A DNA stretch of 64,000 bases from Camelus ferus (Eukaryota): the NCBI RefSeq assembly GCF_009834535.1, contig NC_045697.1:51152001-51216000 (forward strand), given 5' to 3'. Position numbers and translations under genes: made by a program. The notes under the pieces are model-generated. The model saw nothing but the letters and a program-made list of their open reading frames with translations, searched no databases and was not told where the DNA came from. Positions 14,053 to 25,450 of this stretch are shown piece after piece; positions within the stretch are counted from its first letter, which is position 1, and each line of letters starts with the position of its first letter.

Positions 14053-14865
14053 AGGAATGCAGAAAGCTTCTGATATTCCTTAAATGCTTTTATATTCATA
14101 GATTTAACTACTTATAAGGTGTAAGAATCTGTTTTTAATTGCTGTGTTAAATACAAAGATGTAGTCTTTTCAGGGAGTTAAAAAATCCAACAGAGGAAAT
14201 AATTGGCATAAATATAACTACCATGAAAAGCAGTATGAGTAGCCAAAAAGAATAGGAAAAGTAGAATGAAGCAGAGTTCTAGTGCACTTTTGTCAGAAAC
14301 TTTAAGTCTAGAATTAGGAACAATGTTTACACATATTCCTAGACATTAGAAAACTTTTACTACAAACTAATAATTAGAATTAGTGCTTATCACAGTGTTT
14401 TGTGCATAGTAAATGATCAACATATTTCTCAAATTGTACTAAAGGCAAATGTGCCAGAAAAAATAAAATAAATATCCGTAGAGAGAGAGAGAGAGATTGG
14501 CAAGGACTGGGTTTAAGAAGACCCACAGATGATGAGGCAGAAAAGTAGCAAGGGGCATGGAGAGGAGATAATATTCTAATAGGCACACCTGTGGTGAGAC
14601 AGATGGTGGAACCAACTAATCCAGGGGGCACAGGTATTTGGCATCTTCAGTAGTTCTACTGGGCTTTACTTTGAACAGTGTCTTCAAAAGAACAGGGCTG
14701 AGAGGAGAGAGAGAGGTAAGTCAATTTATCTGGCCCCTCATTTTGAGTTGCCCTAAAAGAAAAACTTCAGGGTTCTTTGCAGGGCTTTCAATTTTATTTT
14801 GCTTCAGGAGATTTCAGGGGTCTCACTGGCTCTCCCCTTATATATAGTCTCATCTCTTATAGACA

Positions 14866-14953
14866 CTTTTTTTAAAATGGAGGTACTGGGGATTGAACCC
14901 AGGACTCAATGCATGCTAAGGAAGCACTCTACCACTGAGCTATACCCTCCCCC
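14866..14953 (-). mobile_element. tRNA-Ala-derived camelid-type SINE (Vic-1-like), short form
   Basis: Reverse complement 'ggggagggtatagctcagtggtagagtgcttccttagcatgcattgagtcctgggttcaatccccagtacctccattttaaaaaaaa'; degenerate TSD tatagacactt/tatagatgctt. Confidence 0.9.
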
Positions 14954-15754
14954 GATATAGATGCTTCTAAAATGCACAAATAGAGAATAGGATTTAAGTC
15001 AGGTAGATGGTTGAAATTCAAATTAGCTTCAGATTAAATGTTATCAGACAGCAAATAAGTGTCAATGATAGATTCTCAGTTCTTCCTTGGTTTTGATGCG
15101 GGTGAATAAAGAGAAGAATGAAGAATCTGAAGAAGGGTAAAGACTGCAAAAAGAAAAATCTTGGAACAAGACAAAACCCTGAGCCTTCACATCTTTGAAA
15201 CTCAAAAACAAAAAATTGTGGACTAAGACATTTTATAACTGCAATGGTAGTTTAGATTCCATAAAAATTTTTTGTTTTTAAATCATTTTTAAGTTGAGAA
15301 GCCGTCCTACAAATATTTAACAGCAGTATCAAAATGAGTGTATTGATTTTATTTCACTGATTTCCGTGTCAGAAAGATGCACTCATTGTTTTATTTCATA
15401 GTGTGGTACATGGAAATAAGACACCATAATATCGAGAGTCTACTGCATTTAAAAGATTAACTTACATACACAGAATTTTTCAAGTTGATAAAATGAATAA
15501 AAATGGCCTTGGCAGTGTAAAAATAAAAAAAGTACAGTTACCGTAGGTAAAATGTGTAGGGTGAATCCAGAGTGCATCTAGAGGGAGATTTAAAGTCTTA
15601 AAGTTTTAATTTATGAGGGATAGGGAAGGCGGGGAGGGGGAAATTAAATTTGTTAAGTATTTAAATCAGAGGGAGAGGAGAGAGATCCCTACAAAGTAGT
15701 TCTAGGAAGGAAACTGAAGAATGGCAAAGAAACAATTAAAAAGAATATTTGAAT

Positions 15755-16030
15755 CATCTTCAGTTTCTTTCATCAATATTTTATAGTTTGCAGAGTTTAG
15801 GTCTTTCATCTCCTTGGTTAAGTTTATCCCTAGGTATTGTATTCTTTTTGTAAATTATAAATGGGATTGTTTTCTTGCTTTCTCTTTTTGATAATTCACT
15901 GTTAGTGTATAGAAAAGCAACATATTTCTATATATTAATCTTGTATCCTGCAACTTTACTGAATTCATTAACTCTAAAAGTTTTTTGGTGGAGAATTTTA
16001 GGGTTTTCTATTTATAGTAGCATTTCATCT
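15755..16030 (-). mobile_element. L1 ORF2 (RT region) fragment
   Basis: 'tccttggttaagtttatccctaggtatt', 'ttgtatcctgcaactttactgaattc' = antisense L1 ORF2. Confidence 0.88.
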
Positions 16031-16274
16031 TAATTTTTCAAATTCTTGATTGCAGTACTGGCAGTATCTTCCTTGACCCAGTTCTGCAAAATGGATTTAG
16101 GTGACGTTCTTGGAAATTTAGATGAAACCTCTTTTTCAGCCCTAGGAATGTATATCTAAGTAAGCCACTTAACGTCTCACGGGATAATTCTCTTTTTACA
16201 TAGTGTGGATTTTGTTGCCTTAAACTTAACCTTGATTACTATACTACCTAATTTATCTTCAAAATAAAGCTGAA

Positions 16275-16790
16275 CAAGGATAATACAAGAATGGAAAATT
16301 CTATGAGAATGTCATTTATAAATATAGATATAAAATCCTAAATAAAAAATAAACAAATCAAATCCAGCACTGAAGAACCAGAGATAGAGATGACCAAGTA
16401 GGATTTATTCCAGGAACTCCAGAATGGCTCAACCTCAAAAAACCAATTGATGTGATTCACCACATTAATAAACTAAAGGAATAACTTATGACTATTTCAA
16501 TTGAGGAAAAACTACATTAGAAAAAGTCAATATGCATTCATGATTTTTTAAAAAATAGCAAACCAAGAATAGAAGAAAATGTGCTTAACTAAAGGTCATT
16601 TTAAAAACCTTCTATAAACATCATACTTGTTGACAAAAAAACTAGAAATATTCTCTTTAGAGTCACAATACACAGATGCCCACTAAAGCCCCTGCTTTTA
16701 AAAAACATACTGGAGCTCTAAGATGATGAAATCAGAAAAGAAAAATAAATAGAAATTATAAAAATCATGAAGAAAGAAGGATTTTATCTA
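16275..16790 (+). mobile_element. Old L1 ORF2 fragment
   Basis: 'gaccaagtaggatttattccagga', 'gtgattcaccacattaataaactaaag' (DQVGFIPG / VIHHIN motifs, decayed). Confidence 0.8.
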
Positions 16791-17463
16791 TATTCTTCTT
16801 TACCTTCATTGTGTAGCAACAAGCCTATTACCCTTCACAAATAAAATAAATCACCTCTGCCAACACCCAAACCTCCTTATTCTTTTGTTTGTCCAGTGGC
16901 ATGAATTGCTTAAATGGCCAGTTAACTGTGTCTACCTCCAGTTCAATTAAACTTTACTTTTCCCCCTGCTATAACCATTTATTTTAGATATTAAGACATC
17001 TAAATTATTGGAAACTAGTGTTCCAGAGACAAGATGTAAAAAATTTATAAGTGGAGTATTATGTATAATTTTGTGAACCATCACTTATAATCATTGATTC
17101 CCAGATCCATGAATTCTGGCTCTGAGACATATTGTCCCACATACTAGTTGCTGGTTCCAAGCTTATAATACACCATACAAAACCACATCCTGACCTCTCA
17201 AGATACTGCATTCCCAACTAGCACTATAAGATAATCTTCAGGAGTACATTCTGACAACCGATAAGGCAGATGCTAAGGAATAAACTGTCAACTATAAATT
17301 CAATTCCTTGAAGGCAATGCTGTGCGGAATACAATGACTGTAAAAAAAAGATAGTGAGAAACTCCATGAAGTCATGGTGCTATCAGAAGCATGGCAAAGA
17401 GAAATACAATCTACATCCCTCCTAGCTATCTGCTCTCCACCTACTCTACACAGTTTATGGTAC

Positions 17464-18238
17464 TGTGGCAGAAAGACCCTAGGTGGGGGGCCCTCAGGAT
17501 CCCTACCTCCTTGTATTTATGCCTTTGTATAATCCCCTCCTCTTGAGTGTGAGCAGAGCCTGTGACTTGGTTCTAGCTAACAGACTATGGCAAAGGTAAT
17601 AGGATGTCACTCCTGTGACTACATTACATTATATGGCAAAAGATGAGGGATAACATTCTCATAATTACATCATGTTTTAAAAGTCTCTATCTTAACATAC
17701 TGGAGCTATGGACTCTCCTTGCAGGTAGGACTAGCTACATAATTTGTGGGGCCCAGTGCAAAAGCAAAATGTGGGACCCCTAGTGCAAAAATTATTAAGG
17801 ATTTCAAAACAGCTACAGAAGAGCATTCTACCAAGTATGGGCCTTCTAAGCTCAGGGTCCTGTATGACAGCACAGAACACATGCCCATAAAAGCCAGCTA
17901 TTCTTGTGGATTCAATGAAATGCGCAGCCATGTTCATGAAGACTGTATGTCAAAGAAATGTCAATAGACTTCAGACAACAGCCAACAAACATCCAGGCCC
18001 TCAGTCATACAGCCAACAATCTGAATAAGCTTAGAATTGGATTCTTCCCTAGTCAAACCTCCAAATGAGAATGTAGTCTGGCCAACACCTTGACTGCAGC
18101 CTGGTGAGACCCTAAGCAAAGGACTCAGCTAAGCCGTGTATAGACTTCTGACCCATGGAAACTGTGAAATAATAAATTTGTGTTGTTATAAGCAGCTAGT
18201 TTTGTGATAAATTATATGTAGCAATAAACAAAACTAAT
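17464..18238 (+). mobile_element. MLT1E/F-like solo LTR containing a nested MER45A
   Basis: 'tgtataatcccctcctcttgagtgtgagcagagcctgtgacttg', end 'ctgacccatggaaactgtgaaataataaatttgtgttg...aaaactaat'. Confidence 0.85.
17726..17902 (-). mobile_element. MER45A-like hAT-Tip100 MITE
   Basis: 'aggactagctacataatttgtggggcccagtgcaaaagcaaaatgtgggacccc...attattaaggatttcaa' is the reverse of the recalled MER45A consensus; decayed 8-bp TSD cttgcagg/cttgtgga. Confidence 0.8.
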
Positions 18239-19569
18239 GGATTTATCACATAGAAGATTGAGGATAAGTGCTGCTGCTGGCAAGTTAAGCATTCAGCAGT
18301 GGTAACCAAACCAGCCTTCAAAAGTAAACATTGATGTTGCTAAGTCCATGCATAGCCTCTGTTCCTGAAGGATTAGGTCCATTAGAAGAGGTCTACCATG
18401 CATTTTACTTCTCAAACTCCCTTGTCTCTAAGATTCCTATCTTCATCTTTCCAGTTCCATTAGCCAATGACGATGAATGAGTGCAGTTTCATGACCCAGG
18501 CCACACCTTCCATGAAATCTGGAAAATTACCTGAAATAATCAACATACCACCCATTAGAAGGAACTCTTTCTTATGGTCCTTTAGGGTCAATCTTGAGTG
18601 GAGTTGTAAGGCAGTAGCAGTTTACTTCTGCTTGGTGCCAGAAAATCACATAAACTAATCTGTAAGCCAGAGTCAAATAATTAGGTATTAAGAAACTCCC
18701 CACAAGAACTTAAATGAGATTGAGAGGGAAATAACAGTGCGGCAGATAGCTTCCTGAGAATGTGAGTTATCTGCATGTGCAATTTACTTGTGTCTGATAT
18801 TCTTAGGCTTGATTCCTTTTATACTACTTCCATTTGATGATGGAATACTGCTGGACATGACCAACATTTGGGTTACTTTTATTTGATAACATGTGGTTAA
18901 TAGAGGTAAGCTCTGATCAAGCAGTCACTTGGTCTCATGATCAGGGATTTACTGTTTACCTTTATGGTAATCATGCCAAGTTGCCTCTGTTAAGTGTTTC
19001 TAAATAGCTTCTGCCAAACCTAGAATCTTTTCATTCTTACTGAAATGAAGGGAGTCCATAAGATGCTGGCAAGTCTCCTCTCCAATGTATTTCTCAAGGG
19101 CTTGGTGAAGGGACTATCTTTTGGACTCATTTGAGGAATATAGTTAGGAGTGAGGAGAGCAAGATGCATATTAACAAATTAATCCAACATTTCTTCCTAC
19201 CAAATCTTTAATTCTTCTTTCATTTGTTCTTTATTGTTTGTCAGTTTCTTTTAATATGAGCTCTTATCTAGGTTTAAGTCAACCAAAACAGAAAACAATT
19301 AAAACCACTCCCAGAAGTTTAAGCTAGGAAATTAAAAGTCAAAATTCTGATAAAGTTACCAGCATAGGTAAATTCAGTTAAATCTTAAATTATATTTTTC
19401 CTTCTTATTGGTCTAGCATGCTAAGATTCCATTATCATCTATATTGGTCATATTTCTTTTAGCTAATTTTCAATCTGTGCCCTAAATTAAAAATTTGAGA
19501 ATGTCATTTTTTTTAACTGTTTAGCATATTTAGAAACAACACTCCCAGGCCACTCCTGGCGCTCACCTA

Positions 19570-19905
19570 TACTAGTCAGCATTTTTAGTTGGAAACAAAA
19601 AATAACAAAGTTCAACTAATTTAAGCAAAATAGGAAATTATTAAAAGGATTTTGGGTAGCTCATGGAATCATTAGGGAGCCTAGATAATTATAAAATTTA
19701 ACCTTGTGCAATGACATACACAGTTGTCTTCTCATCTTATGAATTAACTCCCAATTCGGAGTACAAAGCCAAGATTGCATGTCCACATCCTAGGTGCCAG
19801 GGAAGCTGAGATAGCAAGTATTTGACATTTTCAGTGTTTATTGTGGAAAGTAGTCTCTACTTCCCATCATATTCATCAAATGGGAAGTTCTCAAAGCACA
19901 GGAAG
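19570..19905 (-). mobile_element. Old MLT1-type LTR remnant
   Basis: 'tactagtcagcatttttagttggaaacaaa...tttaagcaaaataggaaattattaaaaggattttgggtagctcatgga'. Confidence 0.5.
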
Positions 19906-20914
19906 GCAAATTAGTAGGTGTGCAGACAAAATAAGTAAGAGATGTCAGCTATGATTGAAATTATATATACTATGTACACTCTGTGATCCACAAATTCTGC
20001 CTCTAGAATTTCTAAAGAAATTCTCACACACAAACAATACAAGAAAAAGGATATTTCCTTAAGTGTTTTACGTAACAACAAAAATGTGGGGGGAACACAC
20101 AAATGGCATTGATAAAGGATTAGGTAAGTAGGTTGTGATATGGCAATATTGTCTTTATTAAAATTCAGATATTGAAAAACCACTTTGTCAGACACAGTGC
20201 TAAGCACTGTAGACAGAGACTGGGATGGGAAGGGGAGAGGGTTACACATACGAATTTTAAGAAGACCGCTTTTGAGATGTTGCCATTGGAGTAGAAGGAT
20301 AGACACATCAGTATATCACTGGGGCACATGCAATGTATCAGAGGCTCAAGTGGATCCTGTATATAGTGTTGTGATGGTATAGTCAGAAGTATCTAACTGC
20401 ATTAGTGGAAGAGGCATCACAATGGAAGAAGACACATATATATGTTAGGTCTTAAAACAGGTACAAGAGTATATAAGGTAAAGAACAAGAGGTGCATTCC
20501 AGGCAATATAAATTTTATTTGTAAAGTCAGTAAGGGTGTTCTAGCACAATGTTTTTCTGAAAAGTGTTTTTAAAGTTTTTGCCATTGTTTATATTAAACA
20601 AACAAACAAACAAACAGTTCTTGGCGGCAGTGCTGTAGCATGGAAGAAAACCTCCTGGAAGAAAATTTAAGTTTCATAAGACCCCATCTTCAACCTTAAA
20701 CTGAAGTAAAACATAAAGTAAACCGACAGAAAAAGCACATAACACTCCACATAACACTTTTGTCCACTTAAATCTCTGCCATTGTCATAGTACACTATTG
20801 AAAAGTTTCCTATAAGTAATGCAATTATAATTTGGCCAAATAAGCCATGCCAACATTCATTCACAGAAAACCAATCAATAAAAAAATTGATGCCAAAAAA
20901 TTAAGCAACCTATA

Positions 20915-23520
20915 AAAGAAGATAGGTTCCTAGAAATATACAACCTACCAAAACTGAGTTATGAAGAAACAGAAAATCTGAACAGAACAAATTACTAGCA
21001 AGGAGATTGAATCAGTAATCAAAAACATCCTAACAAAGAAAAGTCCAGGACCAGATGGTGAATTCTACCAGATATTTAAAGAAGAGCTAATATTAATTCT
21101 TTTCAACTCTTTTAAAACAATAGAAAATGAGGGAACACTTCCAAACTCATTTCATAAGTCCAGCATCACCCTGATACCAAAATCACACAAGGATACTACA
21201 AGAAAAGAAAATTATAGGTCAATATCTCTGATGAATATAGATGCAAAAATCCCCAACAAAATATTAGCAAATTGAATTCAACAGAACAGTTAAAGGATCA
21301 TACACCATGATCAAAAAGGACTTTTTTCCTAGGATGCAAGGATGGTTCAACATACACAAAACAATGTAATAACAAAATGAAGAATAAAAATCATATGATC
21401 ATCTGAATAGATCTGAAAAAGCATTGACAAAATTCAACAACCAATCAGGCATGATAAAAACTCTCAGCAAAGGTATAAAGGGAACATACCTCAAAATAAT
21501 AAAGACCATACATGGCAAGCCACAGCTAATATCATATTCAACAGTGAAAAGCTGAAAGCTTTTCCTCTAAGATCAAGAACAAGACAAGAATGAATGCTCA
21601 CTCTCACCATTCCTCTTCAACATAGTACTGGGAGACCTAGCTACAGTAGTTAGGCACAAAAAGAAAGAAAGGAAGGAAGGAAGGAAGGAAGGAAGGAAGG
21701 AAGGAAGGAAGGAAGGAAGGAGGGAAGGAAGGAAGGAAGGTAGGAAGAAAAGAAAGAAAAGGCATCCAAAAGAAAAAAGAAAAATTGTCTCTATTTGCAA
21801 ATGACATAACATTATACAAAGAAAAGAACATTTATACAGAAAGAAGAACAAAGCTGGAGATACCACGCTTCCTGACTTCAAACTATATTACAAAGCTAGA
21901 GTAATCCAAACAGCATGGTATTAGCATAAAAAGAGACATATAGGTCAATGGAACAGAATAGAGAGCCCAGAAATAAACCAATGCATATATGGTCAACTCT
22001 TATAAATTCAAAAAAATTAAATATAATTAACAAGGAGAGCCAAGAGCACACAAGAGGAAAAAGATAGTCTCTTCAATAAATGTTGGGAAAACTGGACAGC
22101 TTCATACAAAAGAATGAAGCTATACCCCTATCTTACACCATTCACAAAAATTAACTTGAAATGAATTAAAGACTTGAATGTAAGACCTGAAACCATAAAA
22201 CTCCTAGACAAAAACATAGGTGGTAAGCCTCTTGACATTGGTCTTGGTAATAACTTTTTGGATTTGACACCAAAAGGAAAGACAATGATAGCAAAAATAA
22301 ACAAGTGGGGTACATCAAACTAAAAAGCTTCTGCATAGCAAAAGAAACCACAAACAAAATAAAAAGACAACTTACGGAATAGGAGAAAATATTTGTAAAT
22401 CATACATCTGGTAAAGGATTAATATCCAAAATAGATATAAAATTATATAACTTAATAGCATAAAATCAAACAATTTAATTTAAAAATGAGCAGAGGAACT
22501 GAGTAGACATTTTCCCAAAGAAGACATACAAGTGGCCAACAGGTATGTGAAAAGGTGCTCAACATCACTAATCATCAGAGAAATACGTATCAAAACCACA
22601 ATGAAATATCACCTCACATCTGTTAGAGTAGTTATTATAAAAAAAACCAAGAGATAAAAAGTATTGGCGAGAATGTGGAGAAAGAGAACACTTGTACACT
22701 GTTGGTGGGAATGTAAAATGGTGCAGCCACTATGGAAAACAGTATAGAAGCTCCTTAAAGGATTAAAAATAAAACTACAATGATCAAACATCCCACATCT
22801 AGGTATTTATCTAAAAGAAATGAAAACAGACTATTGATGTGATGTTTGTGCTTCCATATTCATTGCAGCATTTACAACAGCCAAAATACAGAAACAACCT
22901 AAGTGTCCATCAAAGAATAAATGGATAAAGAAAATATGGTATATAGAAAACATATACATATGTATATATAACAATGGAATATTATTTAGCCATGAGAAAG
23001 AAGGAAATCCTGCCACATGTGGTAACATGGATGGATGTTAAAGTCCTTATGCTAAGAGAAATAAGCCAAACGGAGACAGAAAAATACTGCATGGCATCAC
23101 CCACGTATGAAATCTTTAAAAAAAAAAAATAAAGTCAAATTCATAGAAACAGAAAGTAGAAAAGTGGTTTCCAGGAACTGGGGAGTCGGGTAAAGGGCAA
23201 GAGGTTGGTGAAAGGGCACAGAATTTCAGCTATAAAATGAGTAAGATCTGAAGTTCTAATGTAAAACATGGTGACTATATAGTTAATAACACTGGATTGT
23301 ATAACTAAAATTTGCTAAGAGAGTAAAACTGAAATATTCTCAACAAGAAGAAAAAAATTAAAGATAAATATGTGTGGTGATGGCTAGGTTAATTAACTAA
23401 AAGAGGGGAATTCTTTCACAATGTATTATGTATACTGAATAATCATGATGTGATGTACATTTAGATATCTTACAATTATATGTCAATTATACTTCAATAA
23501 AACTGAATTTTTTAAATAAT
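20915..23520 (+). mobile_element. L1 (L1MA/MB-type) ORF2 3' two-thirds plus 3' UTR, with an internal deletion near 21830
   Basis: Continuous ORF2 motifs (KSPGPDG, SITLIPK, MNIDAKI, KLKAFPL); jump from the 'LFANDI' region to 'KKNKAG'; 3' end 'tgtcaattatacttcaataaaact'. Confidence 0.95.
21668..21747 (+). repeat. (GGAA)n microsatellite inside L1
   Basis: Long run of aagg/ggaa units read directly, with two interrupted units. Confidence 0.95.
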
Positions 23521-23568
23521 AAAGTTGAGTTACTTTTCCACCATAACCAATAAAAACTTTTGAAAACG

Positions 23569-23587
23569 TTGCCATCTAGTGGTGTCC
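23569..23587 (-). promoter_or_regulatory. Candidate CTCF-binding site
   Basis: TTGCCATCTAGTGGTGTCC; reverse complement CCACTAGATGGCA fits the CTCF core CCACYAGRKGGCR. Confidence 0.5.
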
Positions 23588-23704
23588 AACTTAAAAAAAA
23601 ATCATTAATAACTAGTAAATCACTCAACCACATTCCCTAGGAAAAGTTTCTTTAGTGGTTTTCAAATAAACAAACGTTACCCTTGTGTTTTAAGAAATAC
23701 TCTG

Positions 23705-23910
23705 GATATAGGCTATTGGGTTTTAAAATTGGCTTAGTCATTTACTAACTGAATGGCCACAGGCAAGATGCTTAATATTTCTGTAAAGTGCACATAATAG
23801 TACTGATCTCGTAGACTTATCAAGAACAATTGATGAGAAAATCCATATAAAGTTGTTTAGCACTGCATTTAGCTCACGGTATACACCCAATAAGTAGTAA
23901 CTATTATATT
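23705..23910 (+). mobile_element. MIR SINE
   Basis: 'tcatttactaactgaatggccacaggcaagatgcttaa...ataatagtactgatctcgtag'. Confidence 0.7.
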
Positions 23911-24747
23911 ACTGGATGGGGAAAAGGTTGCAAATTATTTGGGCTGTCAGTGAGAATGAAGTTTGAGTGATACAACACTTAAAACAATGACACTTTATAT
24001 TGTCAATTCTGGTTAGAGTATTACACTTCTTCCTTGAAGTAGCAGGAACATTGGCATATGGTTGCTGTCTAGATGGCAGGTGTTAATGGCTGGTATTCTC
24101 TAAAAGATTCCTGTATCAAACTATAATTGTGATTTACTGTCAAAATATTTATTATGTATAATTTATTCCTGATTTGGTCTGTTGGCTATTTTTTTAATAT
24201 AAATCTTTCTATGAGAGCATAAATGGAAGTGGAGGAAAGGCAGCTTCACTAGTTGTTTAAAAAGAAAAAATCGAGGATCATATAAGATGCAGTCATCTCT
24301 AAAACTGCCTGCCATGAAGGCAAGGCAGATAGAACTGGTCCTCTATGATATCCTTTGAGCATTGCAATGACTTATTTAGTATTAGTAATGATTAGTTATT
24401 ACAAGGTCGTATTTATTACTAGTAATGACTAGTATTGCAATGACATTGTTTAAGACAGTCCTTGCAGTTTATTTCAACTAGTGCGATTTTTATAATATAT
24501 TTGACTAAAATATCTCCTGAGATCTCCAAGGATATGATGATAAAGTGTTAGATGACACCACTATTGAGGATTTACAGGTATGCAACTGGCAATATTCATA
24601 GCATTTTAGTGGAGTGAAGTCAATTTGAGGAAGAAAAATCATACCACAAGACTCAGTCATGAACACCCTTCCCTCAATATTTTTATCAAAAACTTGAATG
24701 AATAAAGCATGCTTTGTCTAAGTTGCAGAAAATTCTCAGTGGATAGA

Positions 24748-25258
24748 TGTGGCAGGCAGCTTCTAAGATGGCCCCAGTGATTCCTGCCTCCTGATATTCA
24801 TACCTTTGTATAATCCCCTCCTCTTGCAGGTGAACTGGTCCTAATGACTCACTTGTAATGAATATAATACAGCAAAAGTGATGGGAGTCACTTCTGAAAT
24901 TAGGTTATAAAGAAACTGTGGCCTCCATTTTGCATGTTTTTCCTAGATCTCTCTTGCTAACTCGCTGTGATGGAATCCAGCTGTCCTATGAGAGGCCTCA
25001 CTGACATGGAACTGAATTCTGCCAACAACCACACTAGTTAGCTCAGAAACATCCTCTCTTACTTGAGGCTTCAGATGAGACTGCAGCCTCAGACAACACC
25101 TTCTCATGAACTTGGTAAGGGTCTTCTGGGAAAAGGCACCCAGATAAGCCATTCTCTGGATTCTTGACCTGCAGAAGCTCTGATATAATATTGCTTGGTA
25201 CTTTAAGCCACTAAATTATGGGAATTAATTTGTTATACAGCAACAGATAACCAATACA
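24748..25258 (+). mobile_element. MLT1F/G-like solo LTR
   Basis: Starts 'tgtggcaggcagcttctaagatggccccagtgattcctgcctcctg', ends 'cagcaacagataaccaataca'. Confidence 0.88.
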
Positions 25259-25264
25259 GTTGAT

Positions 25265-25450
25265 CAGGGGTCAGCAAACTACAGCCTGTGGGCCAAATCT
25301 GGTCTGAGGACTGCCTTTAAAAGAGGTTTTTTGTTTGTTTATCTATTTATTTGTGAACGAAAGAAGAAGAATATGCAACAAAGACTATAGCACACAAAGC
25401 TTGAAATATCACTAGCTTTTAACAGAAAAAGCTTGCCAACTTCTACAGTA
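25265..25450 (+). mobile_element. MER58-like hAT-Charlie MITE
   Basis: 'caggggtcagcaaactacagcctgtgggccaaatctgg' ... 'tttaacagaaaaagcttgccaacttct'. Confidence 0.8.

Larger units (their letters stand above)
16850..19140 (-). mobile_element. Highly decayed ERVL internal (pol/integrase) sequence, interrupted by an MLT1 LTR
   Basis: 18270-18365 'ctggcaagttaagcattcagcagtggtaaccaaaccagcctt...gttgctaagtccatgcatagcctc' is antisense to the ERVL integrase N-terminal 'GYAWAQQH..KADLATAAAEC' motif; 17095-17135 is also ERVL-like. Confidence 0.6.

Noticed and set aside
19911..20306. 131-aa minus-strand ORF
   Set aside because: Overlaps decayed repeat-like sequence; no protein-like features.
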